Origin: Wickerhamiella versatilis
Lineage: Eukaryota
Length of the DNA stretch: 64,000 nucleotides
Direction: 5' to 3'
Assembly (NCBI GenBank): GCA_030867685.1
Contig: JAQOWU010000008.1
Coordinates: 2,604,001-2,668,000 of the forward strand
This document shows, piece after piece, positions 40,825 through 51,472 of this stretch. Position 1 is the stretch's first letter; each line of letters starts with the position of its first letter. Position numbers and translations under genes: made by a program. The notes under the pieces were generated by a model, which was given only the letters and a program-made list of their open reading frames with translations, was not told the DNA's origin and did no database searches.

Positions 40825-42573
40825 ATGTCAGTTGAACGGGCGGTCGAACTTCTGTCGCCGGACAGCGAGCCTAACTATCGTAGTATTGCGATTTATGTTG
40901 TACATAACGTCGATCGTGAAGCCCTTGCGTGCTCAAATGACCCTTTAAAGCACAAGTTAAAGGTTCGTGTATCGGCTCTTTTAAAATCCACAGGGCAAAA
41001 GCGGGCTTTCGGATGTGTGATTGCACGAAAAATGCTTGAAAATGATTGGTCTGTGGTAAACTCACACGGCAAATCCTGGCTCTTGCTGGCACTTCACATT
41101 TTAGAGCTTCCAGATGAGGTATGCTGGTTGCCGGCGATCCGATTGATCACAACGTTGTTCAGGCGAATCCACGGAAAGCCTGAATTTTCTAGAGATATGG
41201 GCGGCTCTAAAGTTACGGATTTTGCCAAGAAGCTTGTGCTCCTGGGCGACAAAGGATTTGACGTTGCAGAACCAATAACGGGTCTTCTGGAGCTATATCC
41301 TAGCCAGTGCAGACCCTCTTTATCAGCTTTTAAAAGCATTTTTAAGAAATGTATTTTAATGAGGCCAAAAGTCAGTGCTAAAGGCCTCGCTGCCGCTGCA
41401 TGTGCCGAAAAGGCATCTATCCCCGTTTGGAATCAGGAACTGAATGAGATTTTGAGAGATATCACGAACAAATGTAAGGGAAGTGATCCTAGCTTTATTC
41501 CAAATGGTATTGAGGAACAGCAATGGATCGCTCTTTTTGCCTTGGTAGAAAACTATGTTCGATTTAGCCCTACCAAGATTCCTTCTTCCCCCATCGTCGA
41601 TGCAACTTTAACGACGCTGGAAACGTTTAGTCCTATTGCATGCATCCCTGCAATGAATTTTATGGTTTCGACCATGGGAGTTATTCCGTGGGAACATGTA
41701 TCTTTGGATCGCACTTTGCAATCTGTATATGAGTGTGCAAAAATGTCATATGAAGCAGCAACATCTGCAATTGAGGTCTACACGGCGTTCATGGCGGACT
41801 CTCTGTCGTGGATACCCTCAAAGTACTATAAGCTTGTTTCACGGTTGGTGAGTCGGGGATTTGAAATAATGGAAACCTACCGTGACCCTCTTGGTGTGAA
41901 TGGGCTTGCTGATTTCGTTAAGTCCCCGAAAGATTTTTATGAGGATGCTGACTCGAATTTCGAAAAAACCCTTACTCGTTTCTTTGAAACGGTGATTCTT
42001 AGTGGCTGCGACCTTCCTATAAAACTGCGGTTTAAGATGGACCAATTGCTTCTGGCTCGAGAATGCCTAGAATTGAGAACGGCTGTATTGTATCCTGAAA
42101 AATTCAGTGTGCTGCCTATGGCTGTTTCTAGAGGCTGTCTAAAAGGTTACGAAAGCTTGGTGCACCCTAGATTTCCTCCGCTGCCCACGGCTCCTTATGA
42201 TATCGGTACAGTAGATGCTGAGAATAATGTTACAGAAACTGCTGATATTCCAAAAGACGAGACTGCAGCATCATCTCTTGAAGCATCTGGTCAGGAAGCA
42301 CCTGAGGTTCCTGAAACTGAGGGACCGCAATCCCCACAGCCATCGGTTCAACAAGAAAACGAAGCAAAGGAGCAGGAACTACCTTATGTAGCGCCATTTC
42401 AGCCTTCAGAACCGATATCTCGTGTTGAGAAGATTGAGGTCGCGGATATTGAAACGAAAAAATATGAGCCCGAGCCTAAAAGGCAAAAAACAGAAGAGCT
42501 TGAGGAAGCGGATGATGATAATGATGATGATATTGTAATTCCTACAATAAATGTTGATGACGATAGTGAGTAA
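40825..42573 (+). CDS. RIX1: Rixosome subunit Rix1 (PELP1)
   Basis: HGKSWL, GKPEFSRD, LVHPRFPPL and an acidic tail ending IPTINVDDDSE. Confidence 0.85.
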   Translation: MSVERAVELLSPDSEPNYRSIAIYVVHNVDREALACSNDPLKHKLKVRVSALLKSTGQKRAFGCVIARKMLENDWSVVNSHGKSWLLLALHILELPDEVCWLPAIRLITTLFRRIHGKPEFSRDMGGSKVTDFAKKLVLLGDKGFDVAEPITGLLELYPSQCRPSLSAFKSIFKKCILMRPKVSAKGLAAAACAEKASIPVWNQELNEILRDITNKCKGSDPSFIPNGIEEQQWIALFALVENYVRFSPTKIPSSPIVDATLTTLETFSPIACIPAMNFMVSTMGVIPWEHVSLDRTLQSVYECAKMSYEAATSAIEVYTAFMADSLSWIPSKYYKLVSRLVSRGFEIMETYRDPLGVNGLADFVKSPKDFYEDADSNFEKTLTRFFETVILSGCDLPIKLRFKMDQLLLARECLELRTAVLYPEKFSVLPMAVSRGCLKGYESLVHPRFPPLPTAPYDIGTVDAENNVTETADIPKDETAASSLEASGQEAPEVPETEGPQSPQPSVQQENEAKEQELPYVAPFQPSEPISRVEKIEVADIETKKYEPEPKRQKTEELEEADDDNDDDIVIPTINVDDDSE

Positions 42574-42753
42574 TTTACGACTTATTGACTGTAATCTCAT
42601 CACACGCAAAAAGACAATTTAATGTAATGTTTAGAACAGTAAAGATTAGCTCTAATTCAAATTCACGGATATTTGGTTGATTCTATAGAGTATTCGAGAA
42701 AATATAGTACGATACAACCCTTTCTATTTGATTCAGTTGTCGGTTAGTCACAT

Positions 42754-44571
42754 ATGCCAGCGAGGGTGTTCTGCCCCAAGCGGGTAGATGCTCGAGAGAG
42801 AATAGTGGTAGGATGGTATAATACAGGCGAAACTTATGTTGCAGTGGCTGCACTACCTTACATACCGTTACCTATCGCTGAACGTCTCTTGGAGAGAGAT
42901 CTTCTTTTCTCGGCATCGCGTGAAGCTCGTGAATTGTATAATCGCGCAGGAGGACAAAGACTTAGAGTCTTAGCTAGTCCCAAAAAGGAGGATGGCTGCC
43001 CACTTCACTTTGGTGAGGATGGTAAAGTTACTTGCCGTGGTTCTGCGGCTCAGATGATATACTATAATCCGCCGAATACAATTTGGATGCAATATTTATC
43101 TTTGGACCCCATCCAAATATACTCTGAGAATCAGAAGCCTTCCGAACTCCTTGTTAATGTTTCAATGCACGGTACCACACCTTGCAGTGATAACCTCCAC
43201 CAATGCTTGGCTCAAATCAATTGTAGTCAAGAATTAAGTACACTATTACAAGATAATGCAGCAGAAATTTTCCCAGAAGCTATGAAAAGATTGCAACGAC
43301 GCCGGACCAGTATCAGTAATTCCGCGATGATGCTTGAAGAGAAGCTTGGGCTTCGTGCGACAATGCTACGTTGTCTCGTTGCTGTCGTTGTAGCATTTCG
43401 TATTCTGTGTGATGCTACAATTCATATACTAGAATTCGAGGTTGCTGGCGTTACTCTCAAGGAAGTAAGTGCTACGGCCCAACAGGTAGATTTGAGACTA
43501 AGGCGCATGTGCCACATTCCTGATCAATATTTGCTCATACGCAGGCGTCGTGAGCAATACTGGCCAATATCTGATGCCAATGTTGAGTATATCCGGCTAT
43601 ATAACAACTTGTGGCTAGCTGTCAATGACACGATACTCGGTGTTTATCTTGGAGCTGTTATAAGAGACCACCAGAAGATGATGGCAATGGGGATTTTGTG
43701 GTTGACACAAGAATGTTTTGGCTCTAATTACCGAAGAATGGTTCTTTGGCTTATGTCGTGGCCTGCAGGATTCAAATTAAATAACGAATTGGCATTCTTT
43801 TTTGGGGAAGTTCTTGTTTGGATTATAGAGGCGTGGAAGCATATCACGCTATCAATTGATCCTGTTGTAGCTAATTCATGGACTGTGATAGCCTATGCCG
43901 GATATGGTGGTATCACGTTGCAACTGTGTCTCGTCTATGACGTGCTACGCCTTCTGACTTTCCATGTATTTTGCTTCTACCAATCTGGTGCACGGGTGTA
44001 TAGAAATCTTGTAACACTCTTGGTTGCTCTGTTTCGGGTATTCAGAGGGAAAAAATTTAACCCTTTGCGTAATCGTGTTGATTCCGGTGACTTCGATCTC
44101 AATCAACTACTTTTTGGCACTATTTTGTTCACCGTGGGACTCTTTCTTCTTCCCACGGTTGGTGCATTCTATATTGCATTTACGCTCTCGCGTCTTGGAT
44201 TAGTAGCTCTGTACTCCTTGTTCGAGCTTGCCTTGGCTTTTTTGAACTATTTCCCCCTGTTTCCCTTATTACTGCGAATAAAGAGCCCTGGTCGAGTTCC
44301 GGGTGGAATTCGTTTCAAATTGTTACAAGACAGATCGTCATTGCTATTGTGCACAAACCCGATTGGCGTAAAACAGCTGTTTTCGCAATACTCAATTATA
44401 GCTGATTGGTTTGCATCTCATTATTTCTCTCCACGCGTCTTGCTAGGTCTTTTTACCGGAGATTTAGTCCCGATAAAGAGGGCGAAACTCTATAGTTTAC
44501 TGTATTCAATGCTACCTGACCAGCCGAGTCCTGTTCCTGAATTATGGGAGGCGTTATTAGGGGCAATCTAA
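42754..44571 (+). CDS. GPI1: GPI-GlcNAc transferase subunit Gpi1 (PIG-Q)
   Basis: QQVDLRL, YNNLWLAVND, WLMSWPAGFKLNNEL, FRGKKFNPLRNRVDS, QLLFGTILFT. Confidence 0.95.
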   Translation: MPARVFCPKRVDARERIVVGWYNTGETYVAVAALPYIPLPIAERLLERDLLFSASREARELYNRAGGQRLRVLASPKKEDGCPLHFGEDGKVTCRGSAAQMIYYNPPNTIWMQYLSLDPIQIYSENQKPSELLVNVSMHGTTPCSDNLHQCLAQINCSQELSTLLQDNAAEIFPEAMKRLQRRRTSISNSAMMLEEKLGLRATMLRCLVAVVVAFRILCDATIHILEFEVAGVTLKEVSATAQQVDLRLRRMCHIPDQYLLIRRRREQYWPISDANVEYIRLYNNLWLAVNDTILGVYLGAVIRDHQKMMAMGILWLTQECFGSNYRRMVLWLMSWPAGFKLNNELAFFFGEVLVWIIEAWKHITLSIDPVVANSWTVIAYAGYGGITLQLCLVYDVLRLLTFHVFCFYQSGARVYRNLVTLLVALFRVFRGKKFNPLRNRVDSGDFDLNQLLFGTILFTVGLFLLPTVGAFYIAFTLSRLGLVALYSLFELALAFLNYFPLFPLLLRIKSPGRVPGGIRFKLLQDRSSLLLCTNPIGVKQLFSQYSIIADWFASHYFSPRVLLGLFTGDLVPIKRAKLYSLLYSMLPDQPSPVPELWEALLGAI

Positions 44572-44576
44572 TTTAT

Positions 44577-44843
44577 TCATAAGTCGTCAACATTTATATC
44601 ACTAATGCCACTATCAGTTTCTGAACAAGAAGAGTCGAATTCTTCTAAATTATGATTTTTTTGACCAGAAGGTGGCTTTCCTTCAGGATTGAGAGTCGGG
44701 TGCCAGAAAATGCTATCGCAACCTTTCTTCTGATTTCTTTGGAGTCGCTGTATGCGCTCCAATTTTCGTAGGTGGCGTTTGTCTGACTCAATAAGTTTAT
44801 TTGCCCGTTCCAACTCCTGTAACCTGTGGATCTCACTTTCCAT
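44577..44843 (-). CDS. Small protein resembling a truncated Wbp11/Saf1 splicing factor
   Basis: Coiled coil EIHRLQELE..KL...DKRHLRKLE followed by SIFWHPTLNPEGKPP, which resembles Wbp11 S[IV]YYHPTLNPxGxPP. Confidence 0.55.
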   Translation of the reverse strand: MESEIHRLQELERANKLIESDKRHLRKLERIQRLQRNQKKGCDSIFWHPTLNPEGKPPSGQKNHNLEEFDSSCSETDSGISDINVDDL

Positions 44844-44880
44844 TACAGGATCAAATTTTGATTATATAATAATTTAAAAA

Positions 44881-45435
44881 ATGGAGGATGAACTGAACGG
44901 ACTGCTTGACTTGGCAAAAGCAAACATGTCGGGCAATGAGCTTGAAAAAGCTGATGCGGTATCCCTTGCTCGGAGTATACCGAAATTAAAAAGCTCTCTC
45001 GGTAGATTGGAACCGCCGAGAAAGGATGAGGATGTTTCTGGTTTGAAGCCTGTGCCCGTACCGAAGAATCGTATGCCCAAAAAGGCTGATACTGCTGGAG
45101 GAAAGTGGTTTGATATGTCTCGCCCTGAATTGACCCCTGAGCTAAAGAGGGACTTGCAACTTTTGCGTATGCGTCACGTATTGGACCCGAAACGATTCTA
45201 CAAACAAGAAAAAGCACCCCTCCCCAAATATTTTGCTATGGGTACCATTAAGGAAGATCCCTCGGAATTTTATAGCTCAAGGCTTTCTCGTAAAGAGAGA
45301 AAAAGTACGCTGGCGGAAGAAATTTTGGGTTCATCACGAGCCGATTATTACCGTTCGAAGTATAAGCAGATTCAGAATCAAAAGCAGAGCGGTCGAAAGA
45401 AGTACCAGAAAAAGATGCGCAATATGCGTGCTTAG
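44881..45435 (+). CDS. FCF2: rRNA-processing protein Fcf2
   Basis: DTAGGKWFDM, ELKRDLQLLRMRHVLDPKRFYK, PKYFAMGTI, EFYSSRL. Confidence 0.95.
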   Translation: MEDELNGLLDLAKANMSGNELEKADAVSLARSIPKLKSSLGRLEPPRKDEDVSGLKPVPVPKNRMPKKADTAGGKWFDMSRPELTPELKRDLQLLRMRHVLDPKRFYKQEKAPLPKYFAMGTIKEDPSEFYSSRLSRKERKSTLAEEILGSSRADYYRSKYKQIQNQKQSGRKKYQKKMRNMRA

Positions 45436-45575
45436 GATGTTTTTTTTTCTCTGTTGTATTTATTATCAGGTTTATATTAGCTTACGTCAAATCGTACAAG
45501 AACTATTTGACATTAAATTACATTAACTTTGGTATGTCTTTTTCAATTCATTACTCAATAATCTAGCATCATGCT

Positions 45576-46088
45576 TCAATTTATAGGCTGACCACTCATT
45601 AATTTAATGGACTTCTCCAACGGCCATCCGCCGGTCGGTTTGCTCGGCGGTAGCGGTTCCGCAGGTTCTCCCAGCCGCATGCGATTCCGAGCTTCTGAGA
45701 AAGCCCACTCACAAAATTCATCGTCAGCCTCTGGATTAATTTCTGAACCCGCTGTAATACCTTGAGATATCGAGTCATCTACCTCTGGCATATTTTTCTT
45801 GCGTAACAGTGTTGAAAGAAGATGCGATTGAGTCCTTGCCGGGAACAGTGGAGTTGGATACGTTACTGTATGCTGTAAAGTACTGGAAAATCCTTGAAAT
45901 GAGCTGAGAAGCGTTTCAAGCTGGACAAGAACCACAGTAAACTGTTTCTGAAGAGAAGGCCACGCTGGTAGCTCTGCTGCCTGCACTCGTGCTTGCAGAG
46001 TCATGAGGGACATAACAAGCTGTGAGAGTCTTACCCGCAAGGCATCCAGTACCACAACGGGCACACCAGTATAATCCGGCTTGTCCAT
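45576..46088 (-). CDS. MED8: Mediator subunit Med8
   Basis: LDALRVRLSQL, LPAWPSLQKQF, TVTYP..FP, LLSTLLRKK..PEV. Confidence 0.92.
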   Translation of the reverse strand: MDKPDYTGVPVVVLDALRVRLSQLVMSLMTLQARVQAAELPAWPSLQKQFTVVLVQLETLLSSFQGFSSTLQHTVTYPTPLFPARTQSHLLSTLLRKKNMPEVDDSISQGITAGSEINPEADDEFCEWAFSEARNRMRLGEPAEPLPPSKPTGGWPLEKSIKLMSGQPIN

Positions 46089-46178
46089 AGCTCGATGATG
46101 TAACCACACATTGTTCGCTCTGATTTCCAGCCTATTAAGTCTCTAACTTAGAAAGCTATGTACAATTTATTCGCATCA

Positions 46179-49061
46179 TTACGAATTTCCTTCAAATGTC
46201 TTTTTTATCCGCAAGTAGTGCTTAAGCTCTTCAGCACTTACTGATGGTATTAATTCAGTCTGTGCTTTTGTAAAGTCCGCAGCAGTTACTTCCACAAGTG
46301 TATCATCTTGGGTGGCAACATTCTGAAACCATCCTCGAACCGAAGTTTGTTCCTCCGGGTGAGCCTTATTGTAATTGTATATTTTCTGGTCCACTTCAGA
46401 AGCAACACGAGTCATTGCATTGAGCATTGCATCACTGCTCATAGCATAAAAATCTGCACCAGTATAAGTAAAAGGACAGTTCTCTGATAATTCTTTAAGG
46501 TCAACATCTTTCGACAACCTAAATTTGCGAGTTAGAGCTTCCAAGATTCGTCTTTGTTTTTCGTGAGTATCTGATACTCCAAGGTAGAGCATTTTATCGA
46601 AACGTCCCGGTCTCAACAAAGCCTCATCCAATAAGTCTGGACGATTCGTGGCACTAATAACGAAAACGCCTTCGCCGCCACCGTTTGACATCCCATCCAA
46701 CTCAGCCAACAGTTGCGAGACAATTCGATCCATTACACCTCCAGAGTCCCCTTGATTGCCACGTTTTGGCGCCACAGAGTCCAATTCATCAAAGAAGACT
46801 ACACAAGGTTTAGCCTCCCGTGCTCGCTGGAATACGCGGCGCACATTTGCCTCAGATTCACCGATGTACATGTTTAGAAGCTCTGGGCCCTTGACACTGA
46901 AAAAGTTAAGAGAAAATGTTGTAGCAATCGCTTTCGCCAATAATGTCTTTCCTGTTCCCGGGGGTCCGTAGAAAAGAATTCCGCTGCGCTTCTTGAGCCC
47001 GCTTGCGAATAATTCTGGGTGTTTTAATGGCATATCAATGGTATCAAGAATCTCACCTTTCACCATGTCAAGTCCACCAACGTCTTCCCAACTAACATTA
47101 GGAATCTTTGGTGCACCCATTGCATCACTATTTTTGGATCGAGCTTCGCTTACCGCTACATCCGCATCACTTCTCGTGATATAAACTACACCCCTCTGGC
47201 ATATGACTGACTCCCGTGTAGAGCGATCAAGCGCACTTTGGCTTGCCTTGCGCACAATGGACACTAAATCAGGCGGGCTCAAGCCAGCTGATTGAAGAGA
47301 CAACGAAGAGACAGATGCCGTACGACCAAGCTCTACGTTGGGACATCGTTGAATCAAACCTGAAAGAATGGCTCTGCGCTGGGCCTCGGAAGGCACTTCG
47401 ACATCTATCTCAAACTTGAATCGATTGCGCACACTGTCGGGTAGCTTTTCTGGATCTGATCCCAGAGTAGCAGCTAAAACGAGTCCAGGCTTCGAAATAT
47501 ATTCATCCAATATCTCAACAAGGCCATTAACTGCCGGGGTATCTCTACCATCCAGCTCATTCCGGCGAGCTAATATTTCCAAATGTAATATAGACACCAG
47601 ACAATGGCCAATATTTGCTGCACGTTCCAGCAATGCTTTCAGTGCACCAAGGCTCTTTGCGTCAGAATCATCGACTATCGAGTAGGAGTCGATTGTCAAC
47701 TCATGAAGGCCTACCTCAGCTGCTGTAGATCTAAGGGCAGCGGCTTTACCCGCTCCACGCTTTGAACTTGTCAATAATATTGTTGTATTGATTGCTAGAC
47801 CTTTAGGACTGAAGGAAGCCTTTAATAGTTCTCGAAGCTTGTTCACATGATCAAATTCATTACCAATGACGATTGGGGGGTCTGCAAGAGCGTAATATTC
47901 AGGCCACTTCAGTCGCATAGGTGGTGAAGAAGTACGGGCAACACCTGATTGCATCATACGGGTATGCGTTGGGCTGAAGACATACAAAAGCTCATCTTTG
48001 GGCAATCCGGTCACCTGGAACCAAGCCATAGCATCCGGTTCTCCTGTCATTGGTGGTACTTCACCTTCTGGCGCACCAAAAAAAGAGCGAGCCATCAAAC
48101 TATCGACAGGAATTCCTAAGATGTCACCATTCTTGACTAGCCGCGTGCTTTTCTTGAAATATTCACGGAGCCCCAGCAGGAATGAAGCTTGGAAGGTCCG
48201 GTCTAGTGTTACGGGGCTTGCAACACGGCTTATATTGATATTTTGGGCCTCTTGCAAAACTTCTGAGGTATCTGAGAGCCGCTGTATTTCTACTTTTTCT
48301 GGAGAACCAAGATTATGCACTAATAGCGGCGGCAAATATAGAGAGCCTGCCACTGTATTCGGTTCTGGATATAAATAAACATGTATTGGCCGACCATTTG
48401 CAAGTATCCAGTCACCACTGAATACACCTAATCGAGCAAGCTGGTCAGCTCTGAGGAAGCCAACATTATCCAAATCCTCCATGGGGCCTGGTGGCGGCGT
48501 AATGCATTGAGCAGGAATTCTTTGCGAGAGGGGCTCAACTTTTGTTTCAATCATATTTGTCTCTGGGTGCAAGAACTCATTGACACTGAACAAGGGGAGA
48601 TCGTTTTCATCTTCTATTAGAGTGGTGTTTTTCTGATGAACCACCGAAACTGTTATGTCCTCGGCTCGTATCAGGCCCTGACGAAATGGTTCACATGCAC
48701 GGACTCGGCATTTGAGGTTCTCGAGAAATTCTCCTTCCCGTACCAATCTAGGTAACTGTCCAGGCAAATCATTGACCTCCTTGAGATTCTCGTATGTGGG
48801 GGATGGTGCTTCAAGTATAATGTGTTCAAGGTGAAATGGTACGATACTCTGAAATTCACAAGAAATTGGCTGCGTAATGCCTAAGTCTGGCCCAATCATC
48901 ACATTAGCACCTTGAATCTTCTCAGAAACATCAACAGCAAACAGTGTCCAAGGTAATTCTGGCAAGTATCCCGGCGGTGTCCTGATGGCTACATATTCTG
49001 TATCAACCATGTTTGGCGCTAGGCGCGCCATGCCAGGAGGAACGTCCCCCACAACTAGCAT
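46179..49061 (-). CDS. PEX6: Peroxisomal AAA ATPase Pex6
   Basis: Degenerate D1, then GAPKIPNVSWEDVGG, GPPGTGKT, VKGPELLNMYIGESEANVR, FFDELDS, RPGRFD. The start is placed at ATG 49061 and is uncertain. Confidence 0.96.
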   Translation of the reverse strand: MLVVGDVPPGMARLAPNMVDTEYVAIRTPPGYLPELPWTLFAVDVSEKIQGANVMIGPDLGITQPISCEFQSIVPFHLEHIILEAPSPTYENLKEVNDLPGQLPRLVREGEFLENLKCRVRACEPFRQGLIRAEDITVSVVHQKNTTLIEDENDLPLFSVNEFLHPETNMIETKVEPLSQRIPAQCITPPPGPMEDLDNVGFLRADQLARLGVFSGDWILANGRPIHVYLYPEPNTVAGSLYLPPLLVHNLGSPEKVEIQRLSDTSEVLQEAQNINISRVASPVTLDRTFQASFLLGLREYFKKSTRLVKNGDILGIPVDSLMARSFFGAPEGEVPPMTGEPDAMAWFQVTGLPKDELLYVFSPTHTRMMQSGVARTSSPPMRLKWPEYYALADPPIVIGNEFDHVNKLRELLKASFSPKGLAINTTILLTSSKRGAGKAAALRSTAAEVGLHELTIDSYSIVDDSDAKSLGALKALLERAANIGHCLVSILHLEILARRNELDGRDTPAVNGLVEILDEYISKPGLVLAATLGSDPEKLPDSVRNRFKFEIDVEVPSEAQRRAILSGLIQRCPNVELGRTASVSSLSLQSAGLSPPDLVSIVRKASQSALDRSTRESVICQRGVVYITRSDADVAVSEARSKNSDAMGAPKIPNVSWEDVGGLDMVKGEILDTIDMPLKHPELFASGLKKRSGILFYGPPGTGKTLLAKAIATTFSLNFFSVKGPELLNMYIGESEANVRRVFQRAREAKPCVVFFDELDSVAPKRGNQGDSGGVMDRIVSQLLAELDGMSNGGGEGVFVISATNRPDLLDEALLRPGRFDKMLYLGVSDTHEKQRRILEALTRKFRLSKDVDLKELSENCPFTYTGADFYAMSSDAMLNAMTRVASEVDQKIYNYNKAHPEEQTSVRGWFQNVATQDDTLVEVTAADFTKAQTELIPSVSAEELKHYLRIKKTFEGNS

Positions 49062-49324
49062 GAGTAACGTGACGTCAGCCAGATCAAAAGCACTTACCAA
49101 AAAAGTATCATAATTCCTAGATAATTTAATTTGCAATGTTATAGATATATCATCCAGTTTCAATGCAAATTTAACAAGATGCTGAGATTGGGTTCGTTGG
49201 TTTCTACCATGGTGGCAGCACGTGTGTATATATATGTACATAATTGTGTCACCTGAAAAGCTTCAGCTATTAACTTACAACTCTCAAGTAGTTAAAATAA
49301 AGAGGTGTTAAATTTTTACACAGT

Positions 49325-49798
49325 TCACTCTTGTTTTGCCTTTGTAAGTCTACTCTGTATGCGGCTCCAGAAGTCCACCAGAAGAATAAATGGAACTACA
49401 AAAGTGGGAAGATATATCATCACCAGGTTAATTCGTTGGTCTAATGTGAGAGGGAGTAAGGCACATTCTACCAGACAAGCCAAGGTGGTTGTGGAAGCTT
49501 CAACGGCATAAACTAATATAGCAGGCCATATCCTTGTGCGGCCCGCCGTGAGGTCTAAAGCAGCCCAAATAAAAAAGGGTGTTTGGAGCAGAAGCTCGAC
49601 CCAAACAAAAGCCTGCAGCCAGATCGGTTTCGTCTGGACAAGCAGGTCAGAGTTTTGACGTACATGGAACTCAAGCAGTTGACGTTGCACTTGAGATAAA
49701 AATCTGTCTGGAAGCACTATAGCACTGTCTATAAGCCACGTGATAAACACATGGAATACGAAATACCAGACGTAAAGCCGATCTCTTGTGAAGGGCAT
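49325..49798 (-). CDS. EMA19: EXPERA-domain ER membrane protein (Ema19/TMEM97)
   Basis: YFVFHVFIT.LID, D.L, W...F...E...Q.PF, four TMs and a KxKxx ER-retrieval tail. Confidence 0.85.
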   Translation of the reverse strand: MPFTRDRLYVWYFVFHVFITWLIDSAIVLPDRFLSQVQRQLLEFHVRQNSDLLVQTKPIWLQAFVWVELLLQTPFFIWAALDLTAGRTRIWPAILVYAVEASTTTLACLVECALLPLTLDQRINLVMIYLPTFVVPFILLVDFWSRIQSRLTKAKQE

Positions 49799-49801
49799 TG
49801 G

Positions 49802-50143
49802 TCAGCGTAACCGCTCTCTTACAACGAGTCTAGCTTCATTAATCTTTAGTGCCATGTAGGTCGATCCACCACGATCTGGATGGTTAGATAGCATAATACG
49901 TCGGTGGTTACTTGTCAGTTGGTCTCGTGTTGGTGCAGGTGGCAGATCCAATATCTGGAGTGCCTCGCCGTAAGTCATACGCGGCTCAAATCCGCCTTCC
50001 AAAAAAGGAGCAGAAGTATGACACCCTCCCACAATACCGAAAGCACTTGGGGGCATGGCAATAAGACGCTGTCGCGCACGCCAGGCGGCCCTGCCCACTG
50101 CAATGGCGGAGGCTGCTGCAATGGTCACCAATACCGGTATCAT
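49802..50143 (-). CDS. MDJ2: Mitochondrial inner-membrane J protein (Mdj2/Pam18 family)
   Basis: GGFEPRMT..EALQIL, HRRIMLSNHPDRGGSTYMALKINEA. Lies between PEX6 and PFA3, as MDJ2 does in S. cerevisiae. Confidence 0.8.
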   Translation of the reverse strand: MIPVLVTIAAASAIAVGRAAWRARQRLIAMPPSAFGIVGGCHTSAPFLEGGFEPRMTYGEALQILDLPPAPTRDQLTSNHRRIMLSNHPDRGGSTYMALKINEARLVVRERLR

Positions 50144-50431
50144 GTCATCAGTCTGTAGACAATTGATGCAACAGGTCCAGTTTTTTAATGCGGATAATAT
50201 CCAGCGACCAGTACGATAACGTTGGATAATTTAAGGCCTGCTCTTCAATTGCAGGGTCTACACGCTCTATACTAATTTATAATGTGGCTCGAGGAGGCTA
50301 ATCGATTTTGACTTTTTCAACCAGACGTTTTTACATATAAATGCATTTTGTCATAGAGGAATAAATATATAATGTGTATAAAAAAATGTCAAAGACGACC
50401 TTGTGTTGTCCAAGCGGGAAGAAAAAGCATT

Positions 50432-51400
50432 CTATCCGGATGAAGTTCTCATTCTCTCCAGTACCTCCTGCTTGCGACGATGCATTGCCAGTTCGCTCTG
50501 CGCTCTCTCCTCTGCCCTCGCAATAACATCAGCATTGTGAGGGTATTCGAGTCCAGTTATTCCGGATGATGCAGCCGGTATTGGCAGTATCCACTCTTTC
50601 CATGTATTTCCCATGATCTGGCATATGTTTTGTCGAGTTCCGACATCCCACATATTTCCAAGAGTTTTGGTAGTCGGTGGAGCACGGTAGCGGAAATTTG
50701 AGCTCGCTAACGAAGTGCGAATAGCTTTACTCTCCATATGCTCCAACGTAGTACGGTTAGACGCCAAAAGCCAAAAAGTGTACCCGAAAAAGGCCCCAAC
50801 AGCCAAGCCCATGACGATGGCCACTATAAGATAAATGAGATAATTCATGACTGGTGGAACATCTGGATCACCATTAAGGTAACTCCTCAGCCACAGTATC
50901 CCTGATACATCTGCTGTACCACATAGAAGGGTCGTATACACAAGACATTGAATAAAGTATTTTTGGTTGTGCAGACCAAGGCAGCATGTGAACCAAGGGC
51001 AATGATGATCCATTCTCAGTGTGCATTTTCCACATTTCCGGCAATGATGTGCTCTATCCGGCTTCCAACGTGCGCATTTGTTGCAAAAGCGGTAGCTACC
51101 ATTATCCTTTGCCTCAAGTGAGCCTGCAATACAGTCTGGTACACCTGTCTCCTCATCACCTAAGAGTTCAGGAAAGTCAGAGGTATATCCAGGGGATACA
51201 ATCCACACATTATTATAGGATACCCACGCGCATATACCGGTAAATACACCGGCCATCCCTAGGAACTCCCCCAATATACCACCTACCGAATAGCTAACCG
51301 CCAAGTGCGTCAAGACACCCCATATAAGTAATGCGTTCACAGCTACTCGTGGGAACCAGGTGAATATCCCGAAAAACCCAGCAAGACACCGATCTAGCAT
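50432..51400 (-). CDS. PFA3: DHHC palmitoyltransferase Pfa3
   Basis: FCNKCARWKPDRAHHC..C..C.LRMDHHCPW, N.TTLE, N.WDVG...N..QIMG..W.EW.LP. Confidence 0.9.
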   Translation of the reverse strand: MLDRCLAGFFGIFTWFPRVAVNALLIWGVLTHLAVSYSVGGILGEFLGMAGVFTGICAWVSYNNVWIVSPGYTSDFPELLGDEETGVPDCIAGSLEAKDNGSYRFCNKCARWKPDRAHHCRKCGKCTLRMDHHCPWFTCCLGLHNQKYFIQCLVYTTLLCGTADVSGILWLRSYLNGDPDVPPVMNYLIYLIVAIVMGLAVGAFFGYTFWLLASNRTTLEHMESKAIRTSLASSNFRYRAPPTTKTLGNMWDVGTRQNICQIMGNTWKEWILPIPAASSGITGLEYPHNADVIARAEERAQSELAMHRRKQEVLERMRTSSG

Positions 51401-51472
51401 CACTATAATTAGGTAAGAGGAAGCAGGCCTAATTCCCCTGCTTGGACACCCGTACTTAATCTATATAATCAT

